Part shown: positions 8,034-17,402 of the stretch, one piece after another
Position numbering within the stretch: the stretch's first letter is position 1
Layout of the letters: each line of letters starts with the position of its first letter
From: an uncultured Muribaculaceae bacterium
GTDB taxonomy: Bacteria > Bacillota_I > Bacilli_A > RF39 > UBA660
Assembly: GCA_964549325.1 (NCBI GenBank)
Contig: CAZJUW010000001.1
Location: 1-27,262 of the forward strand
Direction of reading: 5' to 3'
DNA: 27,262 nucleotides
Position numbers and translations under genes: made by a program
Notes under the pieces: model-generated
What the model saw: only the letters and a program-made list of their open reading frames with translations
Database searches by the model: none
Told to the model about the DNA's origin: nothing

Positions 8034-9221
8034 ATGACTAATGAGAAACTGGTAAAAATTTTACAAGATTGCAAAGCGGGAAAAATAACAGTAACACCCA
8101 AGATGTTAAGCGAACTTAGAAAAACAGGTGACGATCCCACCGTTTTTAAAATCATAATGTCTGGTGACGAGATGATAGATTTATATCACAAAGCTTGTCA
8201 AAAAAATAAACAAGAAGAATTAGAAATATTTGTTGACCATCAATATAAACATATGACAAAAGGAGATATAACACGTAAAAAGTTGGTATCTTACGGTAGA
8301 ATAATTGTTTCCAAAAACACTCAACCAGAGCAAGAACTAGCACGCGTCCTTTGTGAGTCGTCTTTTCGAGAAGACCAGGAAGCGTTTGAAATAATAATAT
8401 CTCAAAAAACGGTAGAACAGCAATGGCAAATGTACCGTGCCTGCACTATAGAAGCTATTTTCAAAGATAAAAAGCTGTTAAGAATGATTGCAAAACAAAG
8501 TACTGCAAAACGTCAGGAACAAATGATAGATGCATGTGAAATTCCGAAAATTCGTGCAAATGCCGAAGCCTTAGAAATAATTGGGAAGCAAGATACAGAG
8601 GAGAAGCAAGCACAAATGATTAGGGCTTGCCGGATAGACGCAATTCGTGAAGAAAAGAGACTCCTAGAAATAATAGGTTCGCAGGATACGGCAGAAAGGC
8701 AAGAATGCATGACCGAAGCTTGTTCTATAAAAGAAATTCGTGAGGATCTAGAAGCTTTAAAAATGATTGGTGAACAGAAAACTCTCGAACAACAGTATAC
8801 GATGACAAAAGCTTGCAAAATTTCTGAGATTCGTGAGAATAAGAAACTCTTAAGACTGATTGCCGTTCAAGACTCGGATGAAAAGCAAGACATTATGACA
8901 CAACTCTGTACCATGAAAGCTCTACGCACAATGGGAGAGTCTAATATTCAGGCAGGATCTACAAGTGCTTCTTTGAAACATACTCCTTTAGACATAATGG
9001 CATCTCATTTGAAAAATACGGAATCTGTTGATGGCGCAACAAATGCTATATTAGCAACGCTTTTAGATATAGGTTTAGTAGAGGAGTATCAGAGTCTATA
9101 TAGAGAATTACCTATTGCGGTACGAAAAGGCCTCTACCGCTCGGAATGCGAACCGATTAGCCCAAATAGTGAACTTTATTCGATAGTACAATATGTGAAA
9201 AAGAAGAAAAAAAAGCAATAG
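8034..9221 (+). CDS. Hypothetical protein with tandem 31-aa repeats
   Basis: 395-aa ORF with SD, promoter and a downstream hairpin; no family recognised. Confidence 0.85.
   Translation: MTNEKLVKILQDCKAGKITVTPKMLSELRKTGDDPTVFKIIMSGDEMIDLYHKACQKNKQEELEIFVDHQYKHMTKGDITRKKLVSYGRIIVSKNTQPEQELARVLCESSFREDQEAFEIIISQKTVEQQWQMYRACTIEAIFKDKKLLRMIAKQSTAKRQEQMIDACEIPKIRANAEALEIIGKQDTEEKQAQMIRACRIDAIREEKRLLEIIGSQDTAERQECMTEACSIKEIREDLEALKMIGEQKTLEQQYTMTKACKISEIRENKKLLRLIAVQDSDEKQDIMTQLCTMKALRTMGESNIQAGSTSASLKHTPLDIMASHLKNTESVDGATNAILATLLDIGLVEEYQSLYRELPIAVRKGLYRSECEPISPNSELYSIVQYVKKKKKKQ
8382..8939 (+). repeat. Six tandem 31-aa (93-bp period) protein repeats
   Basis: Aligned units such as ALEIIGKQDTEEKQAQMIRACRIDAIREEKR and LLEIIGSQDTAERQECMTEACSIKEIREDLE; Q8, Q14, M17 and C21 invariant in all six. 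Confidence 0.92.
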
Positions 9222-9229
9222 AAGAACTG

Positions 9230-9262
9230 AAAAGCACAGTTAGAAATGATTGTACTTTTTTG
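9230..9262 (+). terminator. Putative terminator after the repeat gene
   Basis: Imperfect stem AAAAGCACAGT/ATTGTACTTTT followed by Ts. Confidence 0.4.
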
Positions 9263-9297
9263 GTCTTTGATTGTTTTCCCGATTTTTGCATTTTTCC

Positions 9298-9326
9298 TTT
9301 ACTTGTAACTTATAATTTGGTATACT
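9298..9326 (+). promoter_or_regulatory. SigA-type promoter for rpsF-ssb-rpsR
   Basis: TTTACT-17 nt-TATACT with TG extension at 9318-9319; a second TATAAT at 9311-9316 may be a tandem promoter. Confidence 0.6.
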
Positions 9327-9344
9327 ACTAACGAGTATTTTAAG

Positions 9345-9386
9345 TACTCCTTGCTGTATATACAGCCAAAAGTCCATAAGGAGGTG
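9345..9386 (+). promoter_or_regulatory. rpsF leader RNA (S6:S18-binding autoregulatory element)
   Basis: CTCCTT(9347-52) pairs with SD AAGGAG(9378-83); inner hairpin GCTGT-ATAT-ACAGC then CC; same layout as the Firmicute rpsF leader. Confidence 0.75.
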
Positions 9387-9391
9387 TAGAA

Positions 9392-9682
9392 ATGAAAAAC
9401 TACGAAATTACTTTTATCGTACGACCAGACTTAGAAGAAGCAAACATCAAAGCAGTTGCTGATAGTATGAAAGATCTTCTCGTTAAGAATGGAGCTACTG
9501 TAAAAGAAGAAAAAGCACTAGGTCAAAAAGAACTTGCTTACGAGATCAACAAGTATAAGACTGGATATTATTTCTTCTATGCGGTCAGCACAAACGATAC
9601 GAAAGCGATTGATGAATTCAGTCGTCTAGCACGTATCAATGAAAATATCATTCGTGATTTAGTCGTTCGGGTGGAAGACTAA
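9392..9682 (+). CDS. rpsF: 30S ribosomal protein bS6
   Basis: YEITFIVRPDLEE, LAYEINK..GYY, INENIIR. Confidence 0.98.
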   Translation: MKNYEITFIVRPDLEEANIKAVADSMKDLLVKNGATVKEEKALGQKELAYEINKYKTGYYFFYAVSTNDTKAIDEFSRLARINENIIRDLVVRVED

Positions 9683-9696
9683 GAAAGAGGTAAAGA

Positions 9697-10176
9697 ATGA
9701 ACAAAGTATTTTTGATTGGTCGCCTTACGAGAGACCCAGAACTAAGATATACAGGAAGCAATGTCCCTGTAACTACGTTTTCCCTTGCTGTCAATCGTCC
9801 ATTTTCAAATCAGGCGGGGGAAAGAGAAGCTGATTTCATCAATATCGTTGTTTGGAGAAAACAAGCTGAAAATGTAAAGAATTATATGTCGAAAGGAAGC
9901 CAAGTTGCCATCGATGGACGTATTCAAACACGTACTTACGATGATCAAAATGGCCAAAAGCATTATGTGACTGAAGTAGTCGCAGACAACGTTGAATTTC
10001 TTGGTTCCAGAAACGGTGGTAGAGAAGGTCAAATGGGACAATCTCTGCCGACAAATGAACCAACACCATATGATTTTCCAACAGATCAGGCTCCTAAGAC
10101 GACGGATGTATCAAACAATCCATTTGCTGATTTTGGCAGTAGCATCGAAATCAGCGATGACGAATTACCATTCTAA
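9697..10176 (+). CDS. ssb: Single-stranded DNA-binding protein
   Basis: [28 protein letters not shown], acidic C-terminus DDELPF. Confidence 0.99.
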   Translation: MNKVFLIGRLTRDPELRYTGSNVPVTTFSLAVNRPFSNQAGEREADFINIVVWRKQAENVKNYMSKGSQVAIDGRIQTRTYDDQNGQKHYVTEVVADNVEFLGSRNGGREGQMGQSLPTNEPTPYDFPTDQAPKTTDVSNNPFADFGSSIEISDDELPF

Positions 10177-10190
10177 GAAGGAGGAGAACC

Positions 10191-10406
10191 ATGGCAGAGT
10201 TTTATCGGAAAAAGAAGAAAGTTTGCTTATTATGTACAGGCAAAGAGTTCAGTTATAAAGATCCTGAAGGCCTTCGTAAGTTCATCAACGAACGTGGCAA
10301 GATTTTACCACGTAGAGTAACAGGAACATGTGCGAAGCATCAACGCGAGATTGCTGAACAAATCAAGCGTGCTCGCGCGATTGCCTTACTACCATATACG
10401 AAGTAA
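10191..10406 (+). CDS. rpsR: 30S ribosomal protein bS18 (Cys-containing, zinc-binding form)
   Basis: [33 protein letters not shown]. Confidence 0.98.
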   Translation: MAEFYRKKKKVCLLCTGKEFSYKDPEGLRKFINERGKILPRRVTGTCAKHQREIAEQIKRARAIALLPYTK

Positions 10407-10425
10407 GAGAGGAAACTCTCTTTTT
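10405..10425 (+). terminator. Intrinsic terminator of rpsF operon
   Basis: AAGAGAG-GAAA-CTCTCTT followed by Ts. Confidence 0.8.
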
Positions 10426-10442
10426 CTGTGTCTGAAGTTCAG

Positions 10443-10471
10443 TGGACGATCATAGTAATTTCGTGTATAAT
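10443..10471 (+). promoter_or_regulatory. SigA-type promoter for DHH-rplI-helicase operon
   Basis: TGGACG-17 nt-TATAAT; SD GGAGG before ATG 10501. Confidence 0.55.
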
Positions 10472-10500
10472 TATATTGAAATATTTCAAGGAGGAAATGC

Positions 10501-11487
10501 ATGGGCGTACTAGATTACAGAAGACAACTCAATCATTTACTTCGTCATTCAAAACATGTGTTTTTAGTTTCACATAGAGACTTAGATTTGGACGCTTTAG
10601 GAAGTGCGTTAGGGATGAGTGCCATCCTTTCTCGGTTACATAAATATTGCTATATCATCATGGATGACAAAGATCATGAACTAGGTGTTGGAAAAGTCTT
10701 AAACGAAGTAGAAGGATCCTTTACTTTCATTTCAAGTGATGAAGTAGAAAATTATCTTCATCCGAAAGAAAAGAAAAATCTTCTAATCATATTAGATACC
10801 AATAAGGAAAATTTGTTATCGAATGCTGAAATCGTAAAACAGTTCTCCAAAGTAATCATCATCGATCATCACGAGACAGATGAATATACGGTTCAAGCGA
10901 CACTTCCGATCATTGATACGAGTGTCTCTAGTACTTGCGAAATGATTGCGGAATTGGTAGAATATTATAGCATAGAAATGGATCCCTATTTCTGCACGAT
11001 ATTACTTTCGGGAATCGTTCTAGATACCAATAACTTTACGTTGAAAACGAAAGCGAGAACTTATGAATGTGCGCACTTCTTGGCAATGTTAGGTGCTGAT
11101 CCAGAAAAAGTGCAATATCTTTTAAAACAGGATCTGGAAGATTATATCGAACGTCAGAAACTCCTTACGAACTGCGAAATCATCGATGGCAAAATTGCCC
11201 TTGCAAAAGGAAGTGAAAATGCGATTTATCGAAGAGAAGATCTGGCGAAGATTGCCGATATTTTACTTTTCTTCAATCACATCGAAGCATCTTTCGTTGT
11301 AGGAAAACTAGATAAAAAAGTGGTTGGTGTCAGTGCCAGAAGTTTTCATGATTTTGAAGTACATAAAGTATTAGAAAACTTAGGTGGCGGTGGCGACAAG
11401 AACATCGCCGCAACACGGATTGAAAATGCCAAGGTTTCCGATATCGTGACAAAGTTGAAAAAGTATATTAAGAAACAGGAGGGATAA
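10501..11487 (+). CDS. DHH/DHHA1 phosphoesterase; catalytic part of GdpP only
   Basis: [38 protein letters not shown]; occupies the gdpP position between rpsR and rplI; no TM, PAS or GGDEF region. Confidence 0.88.
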   Translation: MGVLDYRRQLNHLLRHSKHVFLVSHRDLDLDALGSALGMSAILSRLHKYCYIIMDDKDHELGVGKVLNEVEGSFTFISSDEVENYLHPKEKKNLLIILDTNKENLLSNAEIVKQFSKVIIIDHHETDEYTVQATLPIIDTSVSSTCEMIAELVEYYSIEMDPYFCTILLSGIVLDTNNFTLKTKARTYECAHFLAMLGADPEKVQYLLKQDLEDYIERQKLLTNCEIIDGKIALAKGSENAIYRREDLAKIADILLFFNHIEASFVVGKLDKKVVGVSARSFHDFEVHKVLENLGGGGDKNIAATRIENAKVSDIVTKLKKYIKKQEG

Positions 11488-11489
11488 AT

Positions 11490-11930
11490 ATGCAAGTAAT
11501 CTTCATCAAAGATTTAAGAAATCAAGGAAGAAAAGGGGAGATTAAAACCGTTAAAGATGGTTATGCCGAAAACTTTCTCATCAAAAATGGCTATGCGGTC
11601 GCAGCCAATCAGGGAAATTTAAAGAAGCATGAAACGGAAATGCAAAAACAAAAAGCCCAAGCAGAAGAAGATAAGAAAGAGGCACTGAAATTAAAAGAAA
11701 GGCTTGAAAAAGAAACGTTAACCTTTACAGTGAAGACAGGCGAGAAAGACAGGGTGTTCGGAAGTGTCAGTCAGAAACAGATCAAAGAAGGGTTAGATCA
11801 GTTAGGATATAAAATTGAAAAACGTGATATATTCCTCATGGAAGGACTCAGTAGTTTAGGAGTCCATGAAGTAAAAGTTAATCTTTACAAAGATGTCTTT
11901 GCTAAGGTAAAGGTACATCTAGTGAAATAG
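11490..11930 (+). CDS. rplI: 50S ribosomal protein bL9
   Basis: [32 protein letters not shown]. Confidence 0.98.
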   Translation: MQVIFIKDLRNQGRKGEIKTVKDGYAENFLIKNGYAVAANQGNLKKHETEMQKQKAQAEEDKKEALKLKERLEKETLTFTVKTGEKDRVFGSVSQKQIKEGLDQLGYKIEKRDIFLMEGLSSLGVHEVKVNLYKDVFAKVKVHLVK

Positions 11931-11940
11931 AGGTGGTAAC

Positions 11941-13290
11941 ATGGCACTAAGAACGATGCCATCCAATATAGAAGCCGAAGAATCTGTATTAGGAGCTTGT
12001 TTTCTATCAAATTCAGCCTTGGAGAAAGCTTGTGAAATTCTTACTCCAGAGTCTTTTTATGATGCTAAGCATGCGAAGATTTTTGAAGTGTTGCAGTATT
12101 TTTGTGATAATAAGATTCCAGTCGATTTAACAACCTTTACATCAGAACTAAAAAATCGTAAGAGTCTTACTGAAGTAGGTGGTGTTGAATACTTAACAGA
12201 AGTTGTGAACTTCGTTCCAACGGCAGCAAATGTGGATTTCTATATCAAGACAGTAGAAGATTCTGCGCTTCGTAGAAAGGTCATTACGACGGCTACTAAT
12301 ATTGCTACCCAAGGATATGAAGAAGAAAATGTTGATGAGCTGATTGACGATGCTGGACGTCAGATATTAGACCTGGATAAAAACAGACGAACCACGGAGT
12401 TTCGAACGATTAAAGAAGTATTACACAAAACGAAGTCAGATTTGGAAAAACTTTCAGAAACACAGGGAGAAGTGACAGGTGTTCCAACAGGCTGGACGGA
12501 TATTGATCATACAACTTCTGGGTTCCATGAAAATGAATTGATCATTGTCGCCGCTCGCCCAGCAATGGGGAAAACGGCCTTTGCACTCAACATGGCAACG
12601 TACATTGCGATGAATACCGATCAGACCGTGGCTCTTTTCAACCTAGAAATGGGTGCGGAACAATTAGCCACTCGTATGCTTTCTTCCCTCGGTCAAATTG
12701 ATCTATATAAGTTACGTACGGGAAAACTTTTAAATAATGATTGGAGACGGGTGAATGAAGCGATCAGTCAACTATCAAATGCCAATCTTTATATGGATGA
12801 TACACCAGGAATTACCATCGGAGAGATCCGAGCAAAGTGTCGACGTCTATCAAGTAGTGAAAAAGGTCTTGGTATTGTGATCATCGACTACTTACAGTTG
12901 ATTTCTGGTGGACGAAATTACGGAACGAACCGGCAACAAGAGGTATCAGATATCTCGCGTGCTCTCAAAACAATGGCGATGGAGTTACATGTTCCCGTGA
13001 TTGCGTTAGCGCAGTTATCACGTGCGGTTGAAACACGAGAAGACAAACGCCCAATCATGAGTGATTTACGTGAGTCTGGTTCGATTGAGCAAGATGCTGA
13101 CATCGTATCATTCCTGTATCGTGATGATTACTATAATAAAGAAAAACGATTAGATGACAATAGTTCCATTACCGAGTTTATCATTGGAAAGCATCGTAAT
13201 GGACCGACGCGAACGATTGAATTACTGTTTAAGAAAGATACAAGTACATTCGTCAATTTCCATAAAGAAGAAAAAGGAGGGCAAGAATGA
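11941..13290 (+). CDS. dnaB: Replicative DNA helicase (DnaB family; DnaC in B. subtilis naming)
   Basis: NIEAEESVLG, AARPAMGKTAFALN, IIDYLQL, LAQLSRAVE, DLRESGSIEQDAD, KHRNGPT. Confidence 0.98.
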   Translation: MALRTMPSNIEAEESVLGACFLSNSALEKACEILTPESFYDAKHAKIFEVLQYFCDNKIPVDLTTFTSELKNRKSLTEVGGVEYLTEVVNFVPTAANVDFYIKTVEDSALRRKVITTATNIATQGYEEENVDELIDDAGRQILDLDKNRRTTEFRTIKEVLHKTKSDLEKLSETQGEVTGVPTGWTDIDHTTSGFHENELIIVAARPAMGKTAFALNMATYIAMNTDQTVALFNLEMGAEQLATRMLSSLGQIDLYKLRTGKLLNNDWRRVNEAISQLSNANLYMDDTPGITIGEIRAKCRRLSSSEKGLGIVIIDYLQLISGGRNYGTNRQQEVSDISRALKTMAMELHVPVIALAQLSRAVETREDKRPIMSDLRESGSIEQDADIVSFLYRDDYYNKEKRLDDNSSITEFIIGKHRNGPTRTIELLFKKDTSTFVNFHKEEKGGQE

Positions 13291-14759
13291 ATAAGCGAAA
13301 CATAAGTTATATGGTCATTGCCTTTCTTGTAAGTTTTGCCCTTCTTTTTGTGGGCTTTAAACCACAACCATCTGAGCCTCAAGAACTTTATCGTGTCTAT
13401 CTAAAAGGAAGCTCGATTGGCCTTACGGAGTCAAAAGAGGCACTCGAAAAATATATCGACGAGGAACAAGAACATCTAAAAGAACAATATCATGTCGATA
13501 AGGTCTATGCTCCGGAAGACTTAAGCATTGTAAAAGAAGTTACTTATGATGCGAAAGTATTATCCGCGCAGGCGATCTACCAAAAGATCGAAGATATCTC
13601 ACCTTTTACCGTAAAGGGCTATCGCTACAATATTGAAGGAACCACGAAGACGGTCGATGGGGTCAAAAAAGAAACCAATAGCACGACTGTCTACGTATTA
13701 GACCAAGAAGTATTCACATCTTCGGTGGATAAAACGATCCGTGCCTTTGTTGGTGATGAAGAATATGATAATTATTTAAATGAAACACAACCAACGATTA
13801 CGGACACAGGAAAAATCATTGAGAGTGTATCTGTTAAGAATAAAATTACCTATCAGGAGCAGAACATCCCCGTGGATGAAACAATTTACATGAATGTCGA
13901 CGACTTATCAAGGTATCTATTGTTTGGCACGACGGATGATCAGCAGAAATATTCCGTCCAAGCGGGAGATACCATTGAAGATGTTGCCTATAACAATAAA
14001 ATTTCTACAGAAGAATTCTTAATTGCCAATCCAAATTTTCAAGACGCGAAAGCCCTTCTTTATGAGGGACAACAAGTCACGTTAGGAATTTTACAACCTC
14101 AGTTTGAGACGATAGAAACAGACCATGTTGTTGAATTACAGGAAACCAAGTATCAGACAGAAATTCGTTATGACAATGAACTTCCACTCGGTACGAGTAA
14201 CGTCATTCAAAATGGTGAAAATGGGATTACCAAAATTACCAAAAAAGTGCAGAAGTCAAATGGAGAAACATTAACCTCTGTGATAACTGACTCTCAAACA
14301 ATTAAAGAACCTGTCAATGAGATCATCGTTCGGGGAGGAAAGAGTACTTACTACTCTGGCGCAGCGGATGGATCTTGGTTATGGCCTACCAATACGCCGT
14401 ATACGATCAACAGCTACGTTGGATACCGTTGGGGTGCCTTCCACGATGGGATCGACATTGGTGGATGTGGATATGGTTCGCCTATCAGGGCCGCAAAGAG
14501 TGGAGTCGTCGTTCAGTCTTCTTACAAATATGATAATGGCGAATTCGTAACGATCGATCATGAAGACGGTTATTATACACTTTATGCTCACTTATCTGTC
14601 AGATATGTTTCTGTAGGTCAAAGAGTTGGTCAAGGAGATGTCATCGGAGGAATGGGACAGAGTGGATATGCATCAGGAACGCACTTACACTTCTCCATTT
14701 GGTCTGGATATCCATATCGTGGAGGCAGTCAGGTTTTGAACCCACTGGATTTCTACTAA
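13287..14759 (+). CDS. Membrane-anchored peptidoglycan endopeptidase: TM-LysM-G5-M23
   Basis: N-terminal TM; LysM (YSVQAGDTIEDVA...IANP); G5 (QNGENG...EPVNEIIVRG); M23 zinc motifs HDGID and HLH. Confidence 0.9.
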   Translation: MNKRNISYMVIAFLVSFALLFVGFKPQPSEPQELYRVYLKGSSIGLTESKEALEKYIDEEQEHLKEQYHVDKVYAPEDLSIVKEVTYDAKVLSAQAIYQKIEDISPFTVKGYRYNIEGTTKTVDGVKKETNSTTVYVLDQEVFTSSVDKTIRAFVGDEEYDNYLNETQPTITDTGKIIESVSVKNKITYQEQNIPVDETIYMNVDDLSRYLLFGTTDDQQKYSVQAGDTIEDVAYNNKISTEEFLIANPNFQDAKALLYEGQQVTLGILQPQFETIETDHVVELQETKYQTEIRYDNELPLGTSNVIQNGENGITKITKKVQKSNGETLTSVITDSQTIKEPVNEIIVRGGKSTYYSGAADGSWLWPTNTPYTINSYVGYRWGAFHDGIDIGGCGYGSPIRAAKSGVVVQSSYKYDNGEFVTIDHEDGYYTLYAHLSVRYVSVGQRVGQGDVIGGMGQSGYASGTHLHFSIWSGYPYRGGSQVLNPLDFY

Positions 14760-15526
14760 TGCAAGTAAAAGTACTAGCGAGTGGCTCTCGAGGGAACTGT
14801 ACGCTTGTGAAAACAGAAACGACCAATATCTTGATCGACGAAGGCCTTCTTTATACAAAGCTTTTGTCGTTCTTAGAAGAACAAAATATTGATCCAAAGA
14901 CGGAACTTGCCGCAGTGATCCTAACTCATAGTCATAACGACCATACCAAAGGGCTTCCCGTGTTCTGTAAGCGTACGAATTGCCCAGTTTATGTTCCAAA
15001 GGGAATGGAAGAGCAACTCGAGGAACTGGTTCCTCAAGCCAAGGTCCAGTTATTCACTGATCCCTTTCTATTAGGAGACATTAAAGTGACGCCAATTCCA
15101 ACTTCACATGACGTTTCTCCTTCCGTTGGATATCTGTTAGAAAGTGGAGAGAAAAGTTTGCTTTATATGACGGATACAGGGTACATCAACGAAAGACTTT
15201 TTGCCAAGATCAAGGATAAATCTATGTACATTTTAGAAAGCAATCATGATGTGAAAATGTTGATGGATGGACCATATCCGCGTTACTTAAAAGAGAGAGT
15301 GAATAGTGATAAGGGTCATCTATCCAATGCACAGGCTGCACGATATCTATCCTTAATCGCAGGGAAACATACTAAAAATGTGATACTAGCGCACTTAAGT
15401 GAGAAGAACAATACGGAGACCCTTGCGTATGATACCGTCTCTTCTCGTCTTCAAGAAACAGAAGATCTCAACCTTCGTATCACAATGGCGCGCCAAGATG
15501 AAGCGACAGATCTCATCGAGGTGTAA
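14759..15526 (+). CDS. walJ: MBL-fold metallo-hydrolase WalJ/YycJ
   Basis: LASGSRGNC, THSHNDH, TSHD, TDTG, ESNHD, GHLSN, LAHLSEKNN; start at the TAATG overlap with the M23 stop. Confidence 0.88.
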   Translation: MQVKVLASGSRGNCTLVKTETTNILIDEGLLYTKLLSFLEEQNIDPKTELAAVILTHSHNDHTKGLPVFCKRTNCPVYVPKGMEEQLEELVPQAKVQLFTDPFLLGDIKVTPIPTSHDVSPSVGYLLESGEKSLLYMTDTGYINERLFAKIKDKSMYILESNHDVKMLMDGPYPRYLKERVNSDKGHLSNAQAARYLSLIAGKHTKNVILAHLSEKNNTETLAYDTVSSRLQETEDLNLRITMARQDEATDLIEV

Positions 15527-15527
15527 C

Positions 15528-15983
15528 ATGATCAAGATTATCGGTGTTGGAAAACTGAAAGAGACTTTTTTCAGGGACGCTGTGAAAGAATATCAGAAAC
15601 GTCTTTCGAGATATACAAAAATAGATCTGATTGAGGTTGCAGACGAAAAAACAGACGATGCCCGTATTGCTTTGGAAAAAGAAAAAGATCGCCTTTTATC
15701 ACATATATCAGACCGAGATTATGTCATCACCTTAGAAATTGAAGGAAAAAGTTATAATTCTCTTGCCTTTGCTTCTTTTCTAGAAGAAGCGGAAATGAGG
15801 CATGGAACGCTCGTCTTTGTGATTGGCGGATCTTGCGGACTACATCCAGAGATCAAGAAAAGGTCTAATCTTGCGCTATCTTTTTCGTCATTCACTTTTC
15901 CGCATCAACTCTTTCGAGTGATGTTGTTAGAGCAAATCTATCGAGCTTACAAAATAAGAAATCATGAGACTTATCATAAATAG
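15528..15983 (+). CDS. rlmH: 23S rRNA m3-pseudouridine1915 methyltransferase
   Basis: MIKIIGVGKLKE, FVIGGSCGL, SFSSFTFPHQLFRVMLLEQIYRA, YHK end; SD GAGGTG before ATG 15528. Confidence 0.97.
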   Translation: MIKIIGVGKLKETFFRDAVKEYQKRLSRYTKIDLIEVADEKTDDARIALEKEKDRLLSHISDRDYVITLEIEGKSYNSLAFASFLEEAEMRHGTLVFVIGGSCGLHPEIKKRSNLALSFSSFTFPHQLFRVMLLEQIYRAYKIRNHETYHK

Positions 15984-16001
15984 AAGATAAGTCTTTTTTT
16001 T
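15967..16001 (+). terminator. Intrinsic terminator after rlmH
   Basis: AGACTTATC/GATAAGTCT 9-bp stem, 10-nt loop, T8. Confidence 0.75.
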
Positions 16002-16024
16002 CAACATTATTTTCGATAAGAGAG

Positions 16025-17368
16025 ATGTATACTCGTTTTGGTGATATGATGCAATTTGTGAATAAAGTACTTTGGGGAATAGCAACGATCTTTCTTCTCT
16101 CTAGTGGTATTTATTTTTCTATGAAACTACATGGGATTCAGTTTCGCCTTAAAGATATGATTCACAGTTTCAAAAAAAAGAAAGGTGACCAAATCTCACC
16201 TTTTGAAACACTCACGATGGCAACCGCTGCGCGTATTGGAGTAGGTTCTTTAGCGGGCATTGCCCTGGCCATTTATGTCGGTGGTGAAGGAACGATCTTT
16301 TGGCTTTGGTTATCGACATTTTTAGTTGCGCCAAATGCTTTTGCAGAAAGTTGTTTGGGTGTGATCTATCGTGAAAAAGATGGAGAATTTCATAAAGGAG
16401 GACCAGCCTATTACATTAAAAAAGGTCTTGGGATGAAAAAACTGTCTTCGTTTTATGCTCTGTTGATCATCATTGCTTATATCTTTGGCTTTCTCACAAT
16501 CCAATCTAATACCATTGCGAAAAGTTTAGAAAATATGTTACCAATTCCTTTCCTTGCGATTGGAATTATGATTGCCCTCATTTCTTTTGTCGTCATCTAT
16601 AAAGGAGTGAAAGGGATTGCCGATTTTACTTCCAAATTAGTACCAATCATGGGTGCCATCTATTTAGCGGCTACAGCTTATATCCTTATCAAGAATGCAT
16701 CCCTCCTTCCTAGCGCATTCTTTTCCATCATTCAATCCGCTTTTTCTTTTAAAGCAGCCATTGGTGGTTTTTTAGGAACAGCACTCATTGGAATTCAACG
16801 AGGAATTTTTTCAAATGAGGCAGGGATCGGAACAGGTGCCATTGCCTCATCGACCAGTGATGCCAATTTGCCAGTGCAACAGGGACTAGTACAAGTTGTT
16901 GGAATTTATTTTACTAGTTTAGTTGTCTGTACGGCGACAGCCTTTATCATTCTCACATCAAATTATCAAAGCCTCGTATTAGAAAATGTAAACGGAATTG
17001 AGATCACAAAGTATGCATTGCAGTACCATTTAGGATCCTTTGGTCAATGGTTACTGATCATTTTAATCATCTTATTCGCATTCTCTACGATTATCACAGG
17101 TTACTATTATGGTGAGAGTAACCTCAAATTTCTCTTTCCAGAAGTGAAGTCAAAGTTCATTTTGGCATTTAAAATTTTGACCATAGTGCTTTTAATTCTA
17201 GGCGCCATCACCAGTGCTACGACACTTTGGAATTTTGTTGATATCTTAGTTGCTCTCCTTGCAATCATCAATATTTATGCTCTATTAAGTATGAGGAAAG
17301 ACATTATCGAAGAATGGAACCACTATCGTCAAAAGAAGGATTCTCGTGAAAACTTGAAACACAAGTAA
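16025..17368 (+). CDS. Alanine/glycine:cation symporter (AGCS family); start may be 16049
   Basis: ARIGVGSLAG, GGPAYYI, RGIFSNEAGIG, YYYGE. Confidence 0.9.
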   Translation: MYTRFGDMMQFVNKVLWGIATIFLLSSGIYFSMKLHGIQFRLKDMIHSFKKKKGDQISPFETLTMATAARIGVGSLAGIALAIYVGGEGTIFWLWLSTFLVAPNAFAESCLGVIYREKDGEFHKGGPAYYIKKGLGMKKLSSFYALLIIIAYIFGFLTIQSNTIAKSLENMLPIPFLAIGIMIALISFVVIYKGVKGIADFTSKLVPIMGAIYLAATAYILIKNASLLPSAFFSIIQSAFSFKAAIGGFLGTALIGIQRGIFSNEAGIGTGAIASSTSDANLPVQQGLVQVVGIYFTSLVVCTATAFIILTSNYQSLVLENVNGIEITKYALQYHLGSFGQWLLIILIILFAFSTIITGYYYGESNLKFLFPEVKSKFILAFKILTIVLLILGAITSATTLWNFVDILVALLAIINIYALLSMRKDIIEEWNHYRQKKDSRENLKHK

Positions 17369-17402
17369 AAAGAAATTATAATAACAACTAGGAGTTGATC
17401 CT

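Noticed and set aside
11941-13290. Intein in the replicative helicase
   Set aside because: Length is normal (449 aa) and motifs are contiguous.
2988-15863. Arg codon reassignment as reported in some uncultured Bacilli
   Set aside because: CGG (2988, Spo0J GERR), CGA (7702, YchF EVRAW) and AGG (15861, RlmH KKRS) fall at conserved Arg positions. This is only a spot check.
15964-15983. rlmH 3' end resembles the SCCmec attachment sequence
   Set aside because: It simply encodes ETYHK-stop; no recombinase or repeated copy follows.
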